A stretch of 64,000 nt of DNA from Candidatus Limnocylindrales bacterium. GTDB taxonomy: Bacteria > Chloroflexota > Limnocylindria > Limnocylindrales > CSP1-4. The DNA lies in assembly GCA_035720425.1 (NCBI GenBank), contig DASTOB010000120.1, positions 229 through 64,228 of the forward strand. The letters are read 5' to 3'. Positions 1 through 8,012 of this stretch are shown one piece after another; within the stretch, counting starts at the first letter, position 1, and the number at the start of each line of letters is the position of its first letter. The notes under the pieces were generated by a model. That model worked only from the letters and a program-made list of their open reading frames with translations. It ran no database searches and was not told the origin of the DNA. Position numbers and translations under genes: made by a program.

Positions 1-407
1 CCACTGATTGACGTACTTCCGGGGTAGTCGCTGCCCGCTGCGCTCGGAGGAACATCGACCCAGATCGACCACCCATTCTCCTGGTATGGCGCTCCTTGGC
101 CCGTGTCGCCAGTCGGTGGGTTGCCGGATGGCGCAAAGGTCAGTCCCATCTGCCGTCGCAGGGACTCCCAGGCAGCGGTCCGGGCATCCGCTCGGTCCTG
201 GTTCGTAATGGGACGCGTCATGTGGACGCTGCCAGCCAGGGAGGCGGCATCGGCGATGTTTTGGTACTGACGACGGGCGAGTAAGTATGTGCCGTAGTCA
301 ACGGCAAGGGCCGTGAACCCGAGCAAGACGACAAGGAACAGCGCACCGATGGCGAGAACCTGACCGCGCTCATACCGGGGTTGGGCCAAAGCGAAGGCTG
401 ATCGCAT
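1..407 (-). CDS. TadG-like Tad pilus pseudopilin/tip protein (runs off the window start)
   Basis: Manual translation from ATG at 407, not in the ORF track: MRSAFALAQPRYERGQVLAIGALFLVVLLGFTALAVDYGTYLLARRQYQNIADAASLAG. This has the G|Q prepilin-like site, a hydrophobic helix and the TadG-type 'avD.g......lQ..ADAAaLAG' pattern. No stop codon to position 1. Confidence 0.85.
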   Translation of the reverse strand, partial: MRSAFALAQPRYERGQVLAIGALFLVVLLGFTALAVDYGTYLLARRQYQNIADAASLAGSVHMTRPITNQDRADARTAAWESLRRQMGLTFAPSGNPPTGDTGQGAPYQENGWSIWVDVPPSAAGSDYPGSTSIS

Positions 408-409
408 GT

Positions 410-997
410 TCAGGGACACGTGGTGAACCCTCCGCTCGCCGAGTTCGACCGATTCGGTCCCTCGACTCGCATTTCCTCGATCGCGGCGAGTTGCCACGTA
501 TCGCTGTTGCTGAATAGTCGACCGACGAGCGGAATGAACAGGGGATGTCGGTAGACGACGGCCACGCGAACCCGGACAGAGAAGGTGCCATCTCCATTGT
601 CGGAGCGGCAATAGCCGACTCCAGTACCGGTTCCGGCGAGCGCCCAGCTACCGCAGCTCGAGAGCCCGCCGGTGCCAGACGTCAGATTCGACGCGCGATA
701 CCCAGGGAGGTACTGAAGCAGGTTGATGCCGACGAGCCGGTTGTACACGGTGGCCGCATTGGTCCCGGCCGTAGCACACGACCCGGAGACGAACGTGTCC
801 GGCGTGGGGAGCGTCGATGCGTACCGCGCTGCTTCGCGTGCCGCATTCGTCATACCGTTCTGTCCGGCAAACAGGAATCCGAGCTGGATGATTCCGAACA
901 AAATCAGGAAGAAGAGCGGAGCGATGAGCGCGAACTCGGGTAGGGCTTGGCCGCCCTCCGATGGCCGGCGCTCGCGCAAGCGAGTCATGTTTGGCAT
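410..997 (-). CDS. TadE/TadG family pseudopilin
   Basis: GGQALPEFALIAPLFFLILFGIIQLG...NAAREAARYA is the TadE motif (G-1, E+5, aaregaR). Confidence 0.88.
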   Translation of the reverse strand: MPNMTRLRERRPSEGGQALPEFALIAPLFFLILFGIIQLGFLFAGQNGMTNAAREAARYASTLPTPDTFVSGSCATAGTNAATVYNRLVGINLLQYLPGYRASNLTSGTGGLSSCGSWALAGTGTGVGYCRSDNGDGTFSVRVRVAVVYRHPLFIPLVGRLFSNSDTWQLAAIEEMRVEGPNRSNSASGGFTTCP

Positions 998-1521
998 TGC
1001 GACCCGGTCACGTTCAGCGGGGGTTCGGGTGGATTATCGACCCGGAGCTCGATCGTGCTCGTTATCGAGTAGAGCCCATCCGGTGTCCCGTCGGCCGCAT
1101 CGATGATCAACGAGATCAATGGCACCACTAACGGATGGCCGTATGTGGCCGTGACGCGGACCCGGACCTCGACCGGCAGGGTCGGGTCGCTCGCCGGTGC
1201 GTAACACACCTGCGCCGCAAGGTTTCCGGCGTTGTACGGGACGACATGGTCAGCCAATGAGGTTCCGAGGAAGGAACGCGTGGCTGTCGCGCTTGATGCA
1301 GCCGTCGCGTCAGTGTTTGCCACCAGCGTTGACCCGTAGCGGGCGGCGTCGCGTACTCCGTTGGTCAGGCCGATCTGCGCGTTATAGAGCAGGGCGAACT
1401 GCAGGATGCCGAGCAACATCAGCAGCAATGGGATCGCGGCGACCGCGAACTCTGCCAAGGCTTGCCCGTTCGCCGCGTGACGGGTGCGGCGGGCGCCGGG
1501 TCGGCGCCAGGTGATCTGCAT
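985..1521 (-). CDS. TadE/TadG family pseudopilin
   Basis: NGQALAEFAVAAIPLLLMLLGILQFALLYNAQIGLTNGVRDAARYG. Start re-assigned to ATG 1521. Confidence 0.85.
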   Translation of the reverse strand: MQITWRRPGARRTRHAANGQALAEFAVAAIPLLLMLLGILQFALLYNAQIGLTNGVRDAARYGSTLVANTDATAASSATATRSFLGTSLADHVVPYNAGNLAAQVCYAPASDPTLPVEVRVRVTATYGHPLVVPLISLIIDAADGTPDGLYSITSTIELRVDNPPEPPLNVTGSQCQT

Positions 1522-1576
1522 ATGTCGGAGCCAGCCCCCCGGGCGCGTGGATAGGACCATCCGACTATGCCGAGAG

Positions 1577-1596
1577 GACCTTGCCGACCACCTTGC
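1577..1596 (-). promoter_or_regulatory. Direct repeat GCAAGGT-N5-GCAAGGTC upstream of Tad cassette 1 (putative transcription-factor site)
   Basis: ACCTTGC at 1578-1584 and 1590-1596 (12-bp period), 56 nt upstream of the TadE start. The same arrangement occurs at 4443-4462. Confidence 0.6.
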
Positions 1597-1701
1597 GCAG
1601 GGGAGTCAAAGCGTCGACAGCGCGCACCGGTCCGGACGCCGCGCCAGCGCCAGTACGACTCTCCCATTCCCGCGGGCGCCAACGACACCGACACTCTTGC
1701 C

Positions 1702-1941
1702 ATGCAGAAGCGCGTCGCGGCCGCCGTCCTCTGGCTCCTCGCAGGGTGGACGGCCGGATCGTTCCTCACCTTCACGATCGGCGTGAGCCCGCTGCTCGGA
1801 CCCATCCTCGGCATCGCGGGCGCGGCGCTCTTCGCCGGTGACCCGCGCCGGATCATCTGGACTCAGCGTGCCGAGGCTGCCTCGGCCGAGTCGACCGCTG
1901 CAACGAGCCCGCGCCGGCGTCGGATCCCCGACCCGGCCTGA
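1702..1941 (+). CDS. Small membrane protein (2 predicted TM helices), unknown function
   Basis: MQKRVAAAVLWLLAGWTAGSFLTFTIGVSPLLGPILGIAGAALFAGDP. Fills the gap between the cassettes and is followed by a terminator hairpin. Confidence 0.6.
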   Translation: MQKRVAAAVLWLLAGWTAGSFLTFTIGVSPLLGPILGIAGAALFAGDPRRIIWTQRAEAASAESTAATSPRRRRIPDPA

Positions 1942-1996
1942 CGCCACACGGCGCCGGCCAAGCGGCGCCGGCCGCAGCCGACCAGCACACAAAGAG

Positions 1997-2035
1997 GAAA
2001 ACGGGGCGCGCCCCTTGAGGCAACGCCCCGTTTTC
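1997..2035. terminator. Bidirectional intrinsic terminator
   Basis: GAAAACGGGGCG (1997-2008) / CGCCCCGTTTTC (2024-2035): perfect 12-bp inverted repeat with A/T tracts between convergent genes. Confidence 0.8.
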
Positions 2036-2096
2036 GCGATTCACGCGGGAGCCGGCGCGGCGTCCCGCAGCGAGCAATCGCCGGACTGAACCGGGC

Positions 2097-3116
2097 CTAG
2101 CGAACCAGGCCCATGAAGAACACGCTGTCCCCGGGACCCGGCGCGGAGCCGTACCCGGCGGGCACGGTCGGCAGCGGGTAGTACTCGACGAATCGACCGG
2201 TCAGCTCGTCGATCGCGGGCTGCGACTTGGCGGTGATGACGAACGCCGCGAGACCGACGACGCAGTACTCGAAGCTGTTGCCCTGACCCTCGACCCCGTC
2301 GCTGTCCGGATCGCCCGAACACCCGGGACCCCAGATCGGGATGAGGACGGTCGCCTGGTTGTCGATCCAGAACTGGACGCAGTCGCGAACGATGTTCGCG
2401 TTCGTCGCGCCCGGGTCGCCGTCGATCCAGGCCGGGAAGGTGATCTCGGTGTTGTCCGGCGTGCAGATGCTGTTGCCGAGCGTCGGCGCGTCGTTCGAGC
2501 CGGTCCACGACAGCCAGCCGAAGTTCCCCGGCCCGTCCTTGCCGACCGAAAAGGCGTAGACCTGGTCTGGCAGGAAGTTGGCCGGCGGATTGGCCGCGAT
2601 CGGCAGGACCTGTCCCGGCGGCAGCACGTCGACCGATGCCGTCAGCGCAGTCGCCGTCGTTCGGACGTCCCACGCGGGCTGGTTGATGAGCGACAGGAAG
2701 AACGTACGCGGCAGCCGATTGACGTCGACCCGAACGCCCTGCGCGCCGTTGGCGATCGCGCCGCTGTCGACCACCGGCCCGAGGTCGAGCTCACCGGTCC
2801 CGTTCGGTCGGACGTACTCCGCCGTCCACGTGCACGGCGTCGGGCTCGACGGCGCACAGCCGTTCGCGGTGAGACTGGCGACGATCGCGTCGTACACGTC
2901 TGATCCGGTTCGGCCGCCCTTGATGTAGTGGTCGGCGATGACCTTCGTGCCGGCCATCGACGCGAGGTCGGACTGGTTCTGCGCGGTCCGCCGCTGGAGG
3001 AAGGCCATCCCGCCGTCGATGACAAGGCCGACGGCGATGAGCAGGACGACGAGACCGCCGGCGAAGATGGCGAGGATCTGGCCGCGCTCCGCCGATCGAG
3101 ATCGGGACGCATTCAT
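2097..3116 (-). CDS. TadG-like Tad pilus protein with C-terminal extracellular domain
   Basis: ERGQILAIFAGGLVVLLIAVGLVIDGG...AQNQSDLASMAG, plus a C-terminal PGNFGWLSW motif. ATG 3116 overlaps the upstream TGA (ATGA). Confidence 0.85.
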   Translation of the reverse strand: MNASRSRSAERGQILAIFAGGLVVLLIAVGLVIDGGMAFLQRRTAQNQSDLASMAGTKVIADHYIKGGRTGSDVYDAIVASLTANGCAPSSPTPCTWTAEYVRPNGTGELDLGPVVDSGAIANGAQGVRVDVNRLPRTFFLSLINQPAWDVRTTATALTASVDVLPPGQVLPIAANPPANFLPDQVYAFSVGKDGPGNFGWLSWTGSNDAPTLGNSICTPDNTEITFPAWIDGDPGATNANIVRDCVQFWIDNQATVLIPIWGPGCSGDPDSDGVEGQGNSFEYCVVGLAAFVITAKSQPAIDELTGRFVEYYPLPTVPAGYGSAPGPGDSVFFMGLVR

Positions 3117-3550
3117 TGGTTCACCGTGACCCGTGCGGTTGAGCTGACGTTGACGGTGCCGACGAGCTGGCCGATGACCGGGGTGAACATCGAGACCGGG
3201 CTCGACACGGACACGAGGAGGAAATCGGTCGACCGGCACGCGGTGACGATCAGGCCGTTGCGCTCGCAGGCGACCGATACGGTGGGCTGGGGGACCGCGG
3301 CCATGATCGACAGGGTGTGTGCGCCCACGTCCGTGCGCGCCGCGGCGGTGGCCGATCGGCCCTGGACGGCGCCGTAGCGGGCGCCCTCACGGGCCGCCTG
3401 CGAGATGGCGTTGTTGACGTAGACGAGGCGGCCGATGTCGATGAGGCCGAACAAGAGGAGCAGGAAGATCGGGATGGCCAGGGCGAACTCGGCGACGGCC
3501 TGGCCGGGCGACCGATGACGACGGGGGGCGAACCACGACCGGCCGCTCAT
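3113..3550 (-). CDS. TadE family pseudopilin
   Basis: PGQAVAEFALAIPIFLLLLFGLIDIGRLVYVNNAISQAAREGARYG. Confidence 0.9.
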   Translation of the reverse strand: MSGRSWFAPRRHRSPGQAVAEFALAIPIFLLLLFGLIDIGRLVYVNNAISQAAREGARYGAVQGRSATAAARTDVGAHTLSIMAAVPQPTVSVACERNGLIVTACRSTDFLLVSVSSPVSMFTPVIGQLVGTVNVSSTARVTVNQ

Positions 3551-4380
3551 TTCGTCGTCACCGTCTGGGTGATCGTGTTCGAGCCGAACGAGTTCGTGAC
3601 CGTCAGCGAGACCGAGTAGGCGGTCGCCTGGAGGGGGAACGCGTGACTGGGGCTCTGGGCGGTCGACGTCGTCCCGTCACCGAAGCCCCACGCCCACGCC
3701 GTGATCGTGCAACCGGCGGCGGTCGACGACGTATCGGCGAAGACGACCGGCCGATTCCGGTTCTGCTGGCTCCACGTGAAATTCGCCGCCGGCGCGATCG
3801 CGCAGCCGGGCGGAGGCGGAGGCGGCGGGGGTGGCGGGTTGCCGTTCGTCGGCATCGGGAACGGCGTCGCATTCGGGTCGAACGCCTCGTTGAGGACGAC
3901 CGATGTGGCGATCGATGACAGGGTCAGCGAGCTGCCGAGGATGGGCGAGAGGAGCGGCGTGAGGAGCGCGAACTGATGGGTCACGCCAACCCGGTACCGG
4001 TCGTCCTCGACGCACGCGGAGAGCGCCTTCGTGGCCCCGGTGACGGCATCGAGGCACTCGATCGACGGGGTCCCGATCGTCACGCCCGGCAACTCGTTGC
4101 GGACGTGCCAGTCGACCGTGTTCGGGTCTGCGCAGCCCGTCTTCGGCACGTCGCAGAGCGGGTTTCGGGCGCCGTAGAAGGCGCCTTCCTTGGCCGCGTT
4201 CTCGATCGACACGTAGGCGTTGAACAGGCGCCCAAGGTCGATCGCCGCACCGACGATGACGAGGAAGACGGGCAGGACGATGGCGAGTTCGACGAGCGCC
4301 TGGCCGCGGGCGCGCCGAAGCCGCTCGCGTACAGGCGGACGTCCTCGCCCGGCGGCCCTCGGCCGCGGAGAGGCAGACAT
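3547..4380 (-). CDS. TadE family pseudopilin with Pro-rich linker and C-terminal PKD domain
   Basis: RGQALVELAIVLPVFLVIVGAAIDLGR...AAKEGAFYG; poly-Pro linker; PKD signature FADTSS...WAWGFGDGTTSTAQSPSHAF...YSVSLTVTNSFG. Start re-assigned to ATG 4380. Confidence 0.85.
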   Translation of the reverse strand: MSASPRPRAAGRGRPPVRERLRRARGQALVELAIVLPVFLVIVGAAIDLGRLFNAYVSIENAAKEGAFYGARNPLCDVPKTGCADPNTVDWHVRNELPGVTIGTPSIECLDAVTGATKALSACVEDDRYRVGVTHQFALLTPLLSPILGSSLTLSSIATSVVLNEAFDPNATPFPMPTNGNPPPPPPPPPPGCAIAPAANFTWSQQNRNRPVVFADTSSTAAGCTITAWAWGFGDGTTSTAQSPSHAFPLQATAYSVSLTVTNSFGSNTITQTVTTK

Positions 4381-4442
4381 CGCTATGACCCCCGGCGGTA
4401 TTTGTCCGGGCCTGGTCGGCCCACCCGGACGATACCGCATCC

Positions 4443-4462
4443 GACCTTGCGATGAACCTTGC
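4443..4462 (-). promoter_or_regulatory. Direct repeat GCAAGGT-N5-GCAAGGTC upstream of Tad cassette 2
   Basis: ACCTTGC at 4444-4450 and 4456-4462 (12-bp period), followed on the minus strand after 8 nt by a -10-like TATCGT. Confidence 0.6.
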
Positions 4463-4515
4463 AGTGGCGCGTTGCCGCACCGCGGTTGCCGCCGGTGCGC
4501 GGAGGTCAGGTGTGG

Positions 4516-6057
4516 TCAGGCCTCGTCCGGCGGCTCGCCCGGCAGGTAGATGCTGAACGCCGCGCCGCGACCGGCCATCGCCGGTTCGAGGACGAGGTCG
4601 CCGCCCATCGCGCGGCACAGCTCGCGCGACACATAGAGGCCGATCCCGCTGCCCTCGCCGGTCCGCTCATCCGCCCCGCGGACGAACCGGCCGAACAACC
4701 GCGGTCGGTCCTGATCGGCCACGCCCGGTCCCCCGTCCTCGATCGTCAGGCGCAGGCGATTGCCCCCGGTCACCGCGATCTCGGCCTGGATCGGTGTGCG
4801 GCCGCCGTACTTGACGGCGTTGTCGAGGAGCGCCCATAGGACCTGGTCGAGTTGGTCGCCGTCGGCCACGGCGAGCCAGCCACCGGCCTGGTCGTCGACG
4901 GTGAACCCGGTCTCACCGGCACCGAGCGCCTCCCACGCGCGTCGCACGCGCGGCGCGAGCGCGAGCACCTCCGCCCGTGGCTTGAGCGCACCCGATTCGA
5001 GGCGAGTCACGGTGAGGAGCTGGCGGACCATTCGGGACAGCCGCTCCGACTGCTCGGCGATGATCCCGAGGCGCCGGTCCGGGCGATCGCCGGCAAGCTG
5101 CTCGGCGTAGGCCCGGATGCTCGTCAGCGGCGTCTGGAGGTTGTGACTGACGCCGCGCAGGAAGTCGTCCTTGGCGGCGTCGAGCTCGAGCAGCTGGACG
5201 TTCTGCGCTTCGACCCGCTCGAACAGCTGCGCATTGCGGATCGCGATGGCGACCTCGCTCGCGAACAGCTCGAGCAGGTCCTGGTCGGCTCGTTCCCAAG
5301 CGCGAGTTGCCGGTAGCCGGCCGACGAGCACGCCGATCGACTCGCCCCCGGCCCGCAGTTCCGCCCGGACCGGGCGGGGATCGCCGGGCACGACCTCCTC
5401 GATCGGGATCTCGCGCGGGTCGACGAGGTGGACGGCGGCGTCGATCATGCCGAACGCCGCCCTGGCGTCGAGGGCGGCGCGACCGGCCAGGAAGTCCACG
5501 CCGTCGCGCGGCGACATCGTGGCCGTCGCCTCGAGGATGCGGCCGAGCTCGCGGTTGCGCCGCTCGAGGTCCGCGGCGAGGCGGTTGTGACTGTCGGCCA
5601 GGCGAGCCAGCTCGTCCTCGCCGGACACGACGATCGGCTGGGAGAGGTCGCCCGCCGACGCCCGATCGACGGCGGCGGCGATTGCCCGAAGTGGCGCGGT
5701 GAGGCTCGCCGCGACGAGATACGCGACGACGACCGCGAGGAGCGCCGCGATTGCGATCGCGAACAGGAGCAGGAGCCCGGTGACGTCCGGCGATACGCCG
5801 CCGGTCGACGTCGCGACGACCACGGCGCCGAACGTCGCGAGCGGCAGGATCGCGACGAGGATGAGGGCGAGGGTGAGGCGAGCGCGGAACGACAGCGGCG
5901 GACCGAGGCGGATCGGTTCCGGCGGCGCGTCGGCCGATTCGACGGGGTCGACGGGGGCGGGGTGGGCGGCCGTTTCGGCATCGCGGAGCGCCGCCGCCGC
6001 GGCCTCTCGCGACAGGAGCGGAGTCGGGTGGTCCGGACGTGTCGGCCCGTCGGTCAC
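4516..6057 (-). CDS. Membrane sensor histidine kinase (2 TM, HAMP, GAF-like, HisKA, HATPase_c)
   Basis: HAMP (APLRAIAAAV...GDLSQPI...DELARLADSHN), H-box VSHNLQTPLTSI, N-box LLDNAVKY, G1 IEDGGPG, G2 GSGIGL. Confidence 0.93.
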   Translation of the reverse strand: MTDGPTRPDHPTPLLSREAAAAALRDAETAAHPAPVDPVESADAPPEPIRLGPPLSFRARLTLALILVAILPLATFGAVVVATSTGGVSPDVTGLLLLFAIAIAALLAVVVAYLVAASLTAPLRAIAAAVDRASAGDLSQPIVVSGEDELARLADSHNRLAADLERRNRELGRILEATATMSPRDGVDFLAGRAALDARAAFGMIDAAVHLVDPREIPIEEVVPGDPRPVRAELRAGGESIGVLVGRLPATRAWERADQDLLELFASEVAIAIRNAQLFERVEAQNVQLLELDAAKDDFLRGVSHNLQTPLTSIRAYAEQLAGDRPDRRLGIIAEQSERLSRMVRQLLTVTRLESGALKPRAEVLALAPRVRRAWEALGAGETGFTVDDQAGGWLAVADGDQLDQVLWALLDNAVKYGGRTPIQAEIAVTGGNRLRLTIEDGGPGVADQDRPRLFGRFVRGADERTGEGSGIGLYVSRELCRAMGGDLVLEPAMAGRGAAFSIYLPGEPPDEA

Positions 6058-6110
6058 GAGTCGGTCATGAAGTCGGTCATGAAGTCGGTCACGAGTGGAT
6101 CACGAGTCGG
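6050..6110. repeat. Short tandem repeat, 11-12-bp units (TCGGTCAYGA(A)G), at the RR/HK junction
   Basis: Units at 6050, 6061, 6073 and 6085, plus degenerate units at 6096 and 6107. Confidence 0.8.
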
Positions 6111-6828
6111 CCGCGGTCGAGATGAGTCGGTAGCCGATGCCGCGCACCGTGATGAGGTGGACCGGATGGTTCGGTTCGACCTCGACCTTTTGGCGGAGGC
6201 GACGCATCGTGACCCACACGTACGACGGATCGGCGTCCTCCGTCTCCGCCCAGCCGCGGGCGAGGAGGGTCTCCGTGGTCACCGTCTGGCCGAGGTTCGC
6301 GGCGAGGGCGTAGAGGAGGCGCGACTCCGTCGGCGTGAGCTGGACCGGCGTGCCACCGACGGTGGCCTCGCGCCGGTGGAGGTCGAGCGTGAGGTCCGGG
6401 CCGAGGACGAGGCTCTGGCGCGGGACGCGGTCGCCAAGGCGCTTGAGGACCCGGTTGATCCGTGCCCGCAACTCCGGGTAGTGGTACGGCTTCGTGACGT
6501 AGTCCTCCGCGACCTCTTCGAGGAGATCCGCCTTGGAGTCGCCGGCGTCAATCGCGGACAGGACGATGATCGGGAGGTCCGCCTGGCCCTTGATCTCGCG
6601 GGCGAGGGACAGACCGTCCATGCGGGGCATCATCATGTCGATGATGAGCAGGTCCGGCCAGCTCGTCCGAAGCCGTCGGAGCGCCTCGTCGCCGTCGCGC
6701 GCCGTCTGGGTCTCGTAGCCGTCCGCGCGGAGCTGCTCGGCAAGCAGGACGAGCAGGTTGGGGTCGTCATCGACGATGAGGATCCGCGGCGCCTGGCCGC
6801 GGTACGGGCCCGCTCCGCCGGTCAGCAT
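6100..6828 (-). CDS. OmpR/PhoB-family response regulator
   Basis: RILIVDDD, phospho-acceptor IIDMMMPRMDG, DYVTKP, wHTH LTPTE...VWVTMRRLRQKVE...LITVRGIGY. Confidence 0.95.
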   Translation of the reverse strand: MLTGGAGPYRGQAPRILIVDDDPNLLVLLAEQLRADGYETQTARDGDEALRRLRTSWPDLLIIDMMMPRMDGLSLAREIKGQADLPIIVLSAIDAGDSKADLLEEVAEDYVTKPYHYPELRARINRVLKRLGDRVPRQSLVLGPDLTLDLHRREATVGGTPVQLTPTESRLLYALAANLGQTVTTETLLARGWAETEDADPSYVWVTMRRLRQKVEVEPNHPVHLITVRGIGYRLISTAADS

Positions 6829-6834
6829 GGCCCG

Positions 6835-6840
6835 AGTATA
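6835..6840 (-). promoter_or_regulatory. -10 element TATACT, 6 nt upstream of the ATG (putative leaderless promoter)
   Basis: Minus strand CC-TATACT-CGGGCC-ATG, no Shine-Dalgarno. Confidence 0.6.
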
Positions 6841-6889
6841 GGTTCCTTCGTGATGGCGGCTTCGTACGTTGGCGGCTTGCGGCCGCTGG

Positions 6890-6975
6890 TCGCTCCGTTT
6901 CGGCCGCGCCCGCCCTTTCGCTCCGTTTTCGGCCGCGCCCCGCCCGATCGCTCCGTTTCGGCCGCGCCCACCCTT
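6890..6975. repeat. Three tandem 28-30-bp repeats (TCGCTCCGTTTCGGCCGCGCCC...)
   Basis: Units begin at 6890, 6918 and 6948. Intergenic. Confidence 0.85.
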
Positions 6976-7178
6976 CCGCTACCGCCTCGGTCGCGTCCGG
7001 GCTCGGGTATTGCTGGCGCTAATGGAATTCGACCTCAAGGTCGACGCCGCGCCCGATTCGCACACCGACGATGCCTGCCAGCAATGGCATCGACCGCTGG
7101 AGCGGGGGAATCCCGGCCGGGGGGGCGTATCGGTCCGATTCGATAACTGCAGGCAATGTCGCCCTGCGTGGCAGGCCC

Positions 7179-8012
7179 TCAGGGCGCCTTCGGGTCGACG
7201 AACCGGCAGCGGGCGGCGACCGGGCAGATCTCGTGGGCGGGGTTCCGCGCGTGGCAGATCCGTCGGCCGTGCTGGATGAGGTTGACGTGCCCCTCGTACA
7301 TCTCGTCCGGCTCGAGGAGCGCGAGGAACAGCTCGTGCGCGTCGTCGGCCGACGCCTTCGGCGGGATGAGCCCGATCCGCTTCGAGACCCGCTCGACATG
7401 TCGGTCGACCGGCATGAGCGGCAATCCGAAGCAGAACAGCAGCACGATCGAGGCCGTCTTGCGGCCGATCCCGTCGATCGCGGTCAGCCACGCCCGCGCC
7501 TCGAGCGCGGGCAGGTCGCCGAGGAACTCGAGCGAGTACTCGCCGCGTTCCTCGCGCGCGCGCCGCAGGCATGCCTGGATGCGCGGCGCCTTTTGCGGCG
7601 CGAGCCCGCCCGGTCGGATGACGTCGATGAGCTCGTCGAGCGGCGCGAACTCGACGGCCGCCCAGCCCGGCGGCGCGAGTGCGGCGATCCCGGTCCCGCC
7701 CCAGCCCGCGCCCAGCTGCGTGTCGGTGGCCTCACCGCCCGACGGATACGCGAGGCGCAGCGCGTCGAACGCCTTCTCCGCGTTCACGTCGGCGCTGTTC
7801 TGGGTGAGGATCGTGAGCACGAGCTCGCTCATCGGGTCGAGCCGGCGCTGCCAGATCGGTCGGCCGTAGGCGGAGGCCAGCCCGTCGAGGACGTCGCGCG
7901 CCAGGTTCGGCCGATAGCGGGCGAGGCGGCGCGACCACGCCCGGACGGGATCCGTTTTCGCGCGCTTCCGACGGCCGACCGGCCTCGCGCTCGCCCGTCG
8001 CGCCGGGCTCAC
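7179..8012 (-). CDS. nth: Endonuclease III-like HhH-GPD DNA glycosylase with C-terminal Fe-S motif
   Basis: LTILTQNSAD, HhH LTAIDGIGRKTA (catalytic K), PVDRHV (D), C-terminal C-X6-H-X2-C-X5-C. GTG 8012 overlaps the PIN stop codon (GTGA). Confidence 0.85.
   Translation of the reverse strand: MSPARRASARPVGRRKRAKTDPVRAWSRRLARYRPNLARDVLDGLASAYGRPIWQRRLDPMSELVLTILTQNSADVNAEKAFDALRLAYPSGGEATDTQLGAGWGGTGIAALAPPGWAAVEFAPLDELIDVIRPGGLAPQKAPRIQACLRRAREERGEYSLEFLGDLPALEARAWLTAIDGIGRKTASIVLLFCFGLPLMPVDRHVERVSKRIGLIPPKASADDAHELFLALLEPDEMYEGHVNLIQHGRRICHARNPAHEICPVAARCRFVDPKAP

Noticed and set aside
1522-1700. c-di-GMP riboswitch upstream of the tad genes (also checked 4381-4515)
   Set aside because: The GEMM consensus (GGCAAA...GAAA...GACGCAAAG) is absent. 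Only the DNA direct repeat is supported.
7115-7175. tmRNA (GGGGGCGTATCGG...ATAACTGCA resembles the 5' end and resume region)
   Set aside because: No short tag ORF ending in a stop codon and no tRNA-like 3' end. The sequence runs into the antisense of nth.
7022-7279. Small + strand ORF MEFDLKVDAAPDSH...
   Set aside because: No RBS or recognisable motif, and its 3' half overlaps nth antisense.
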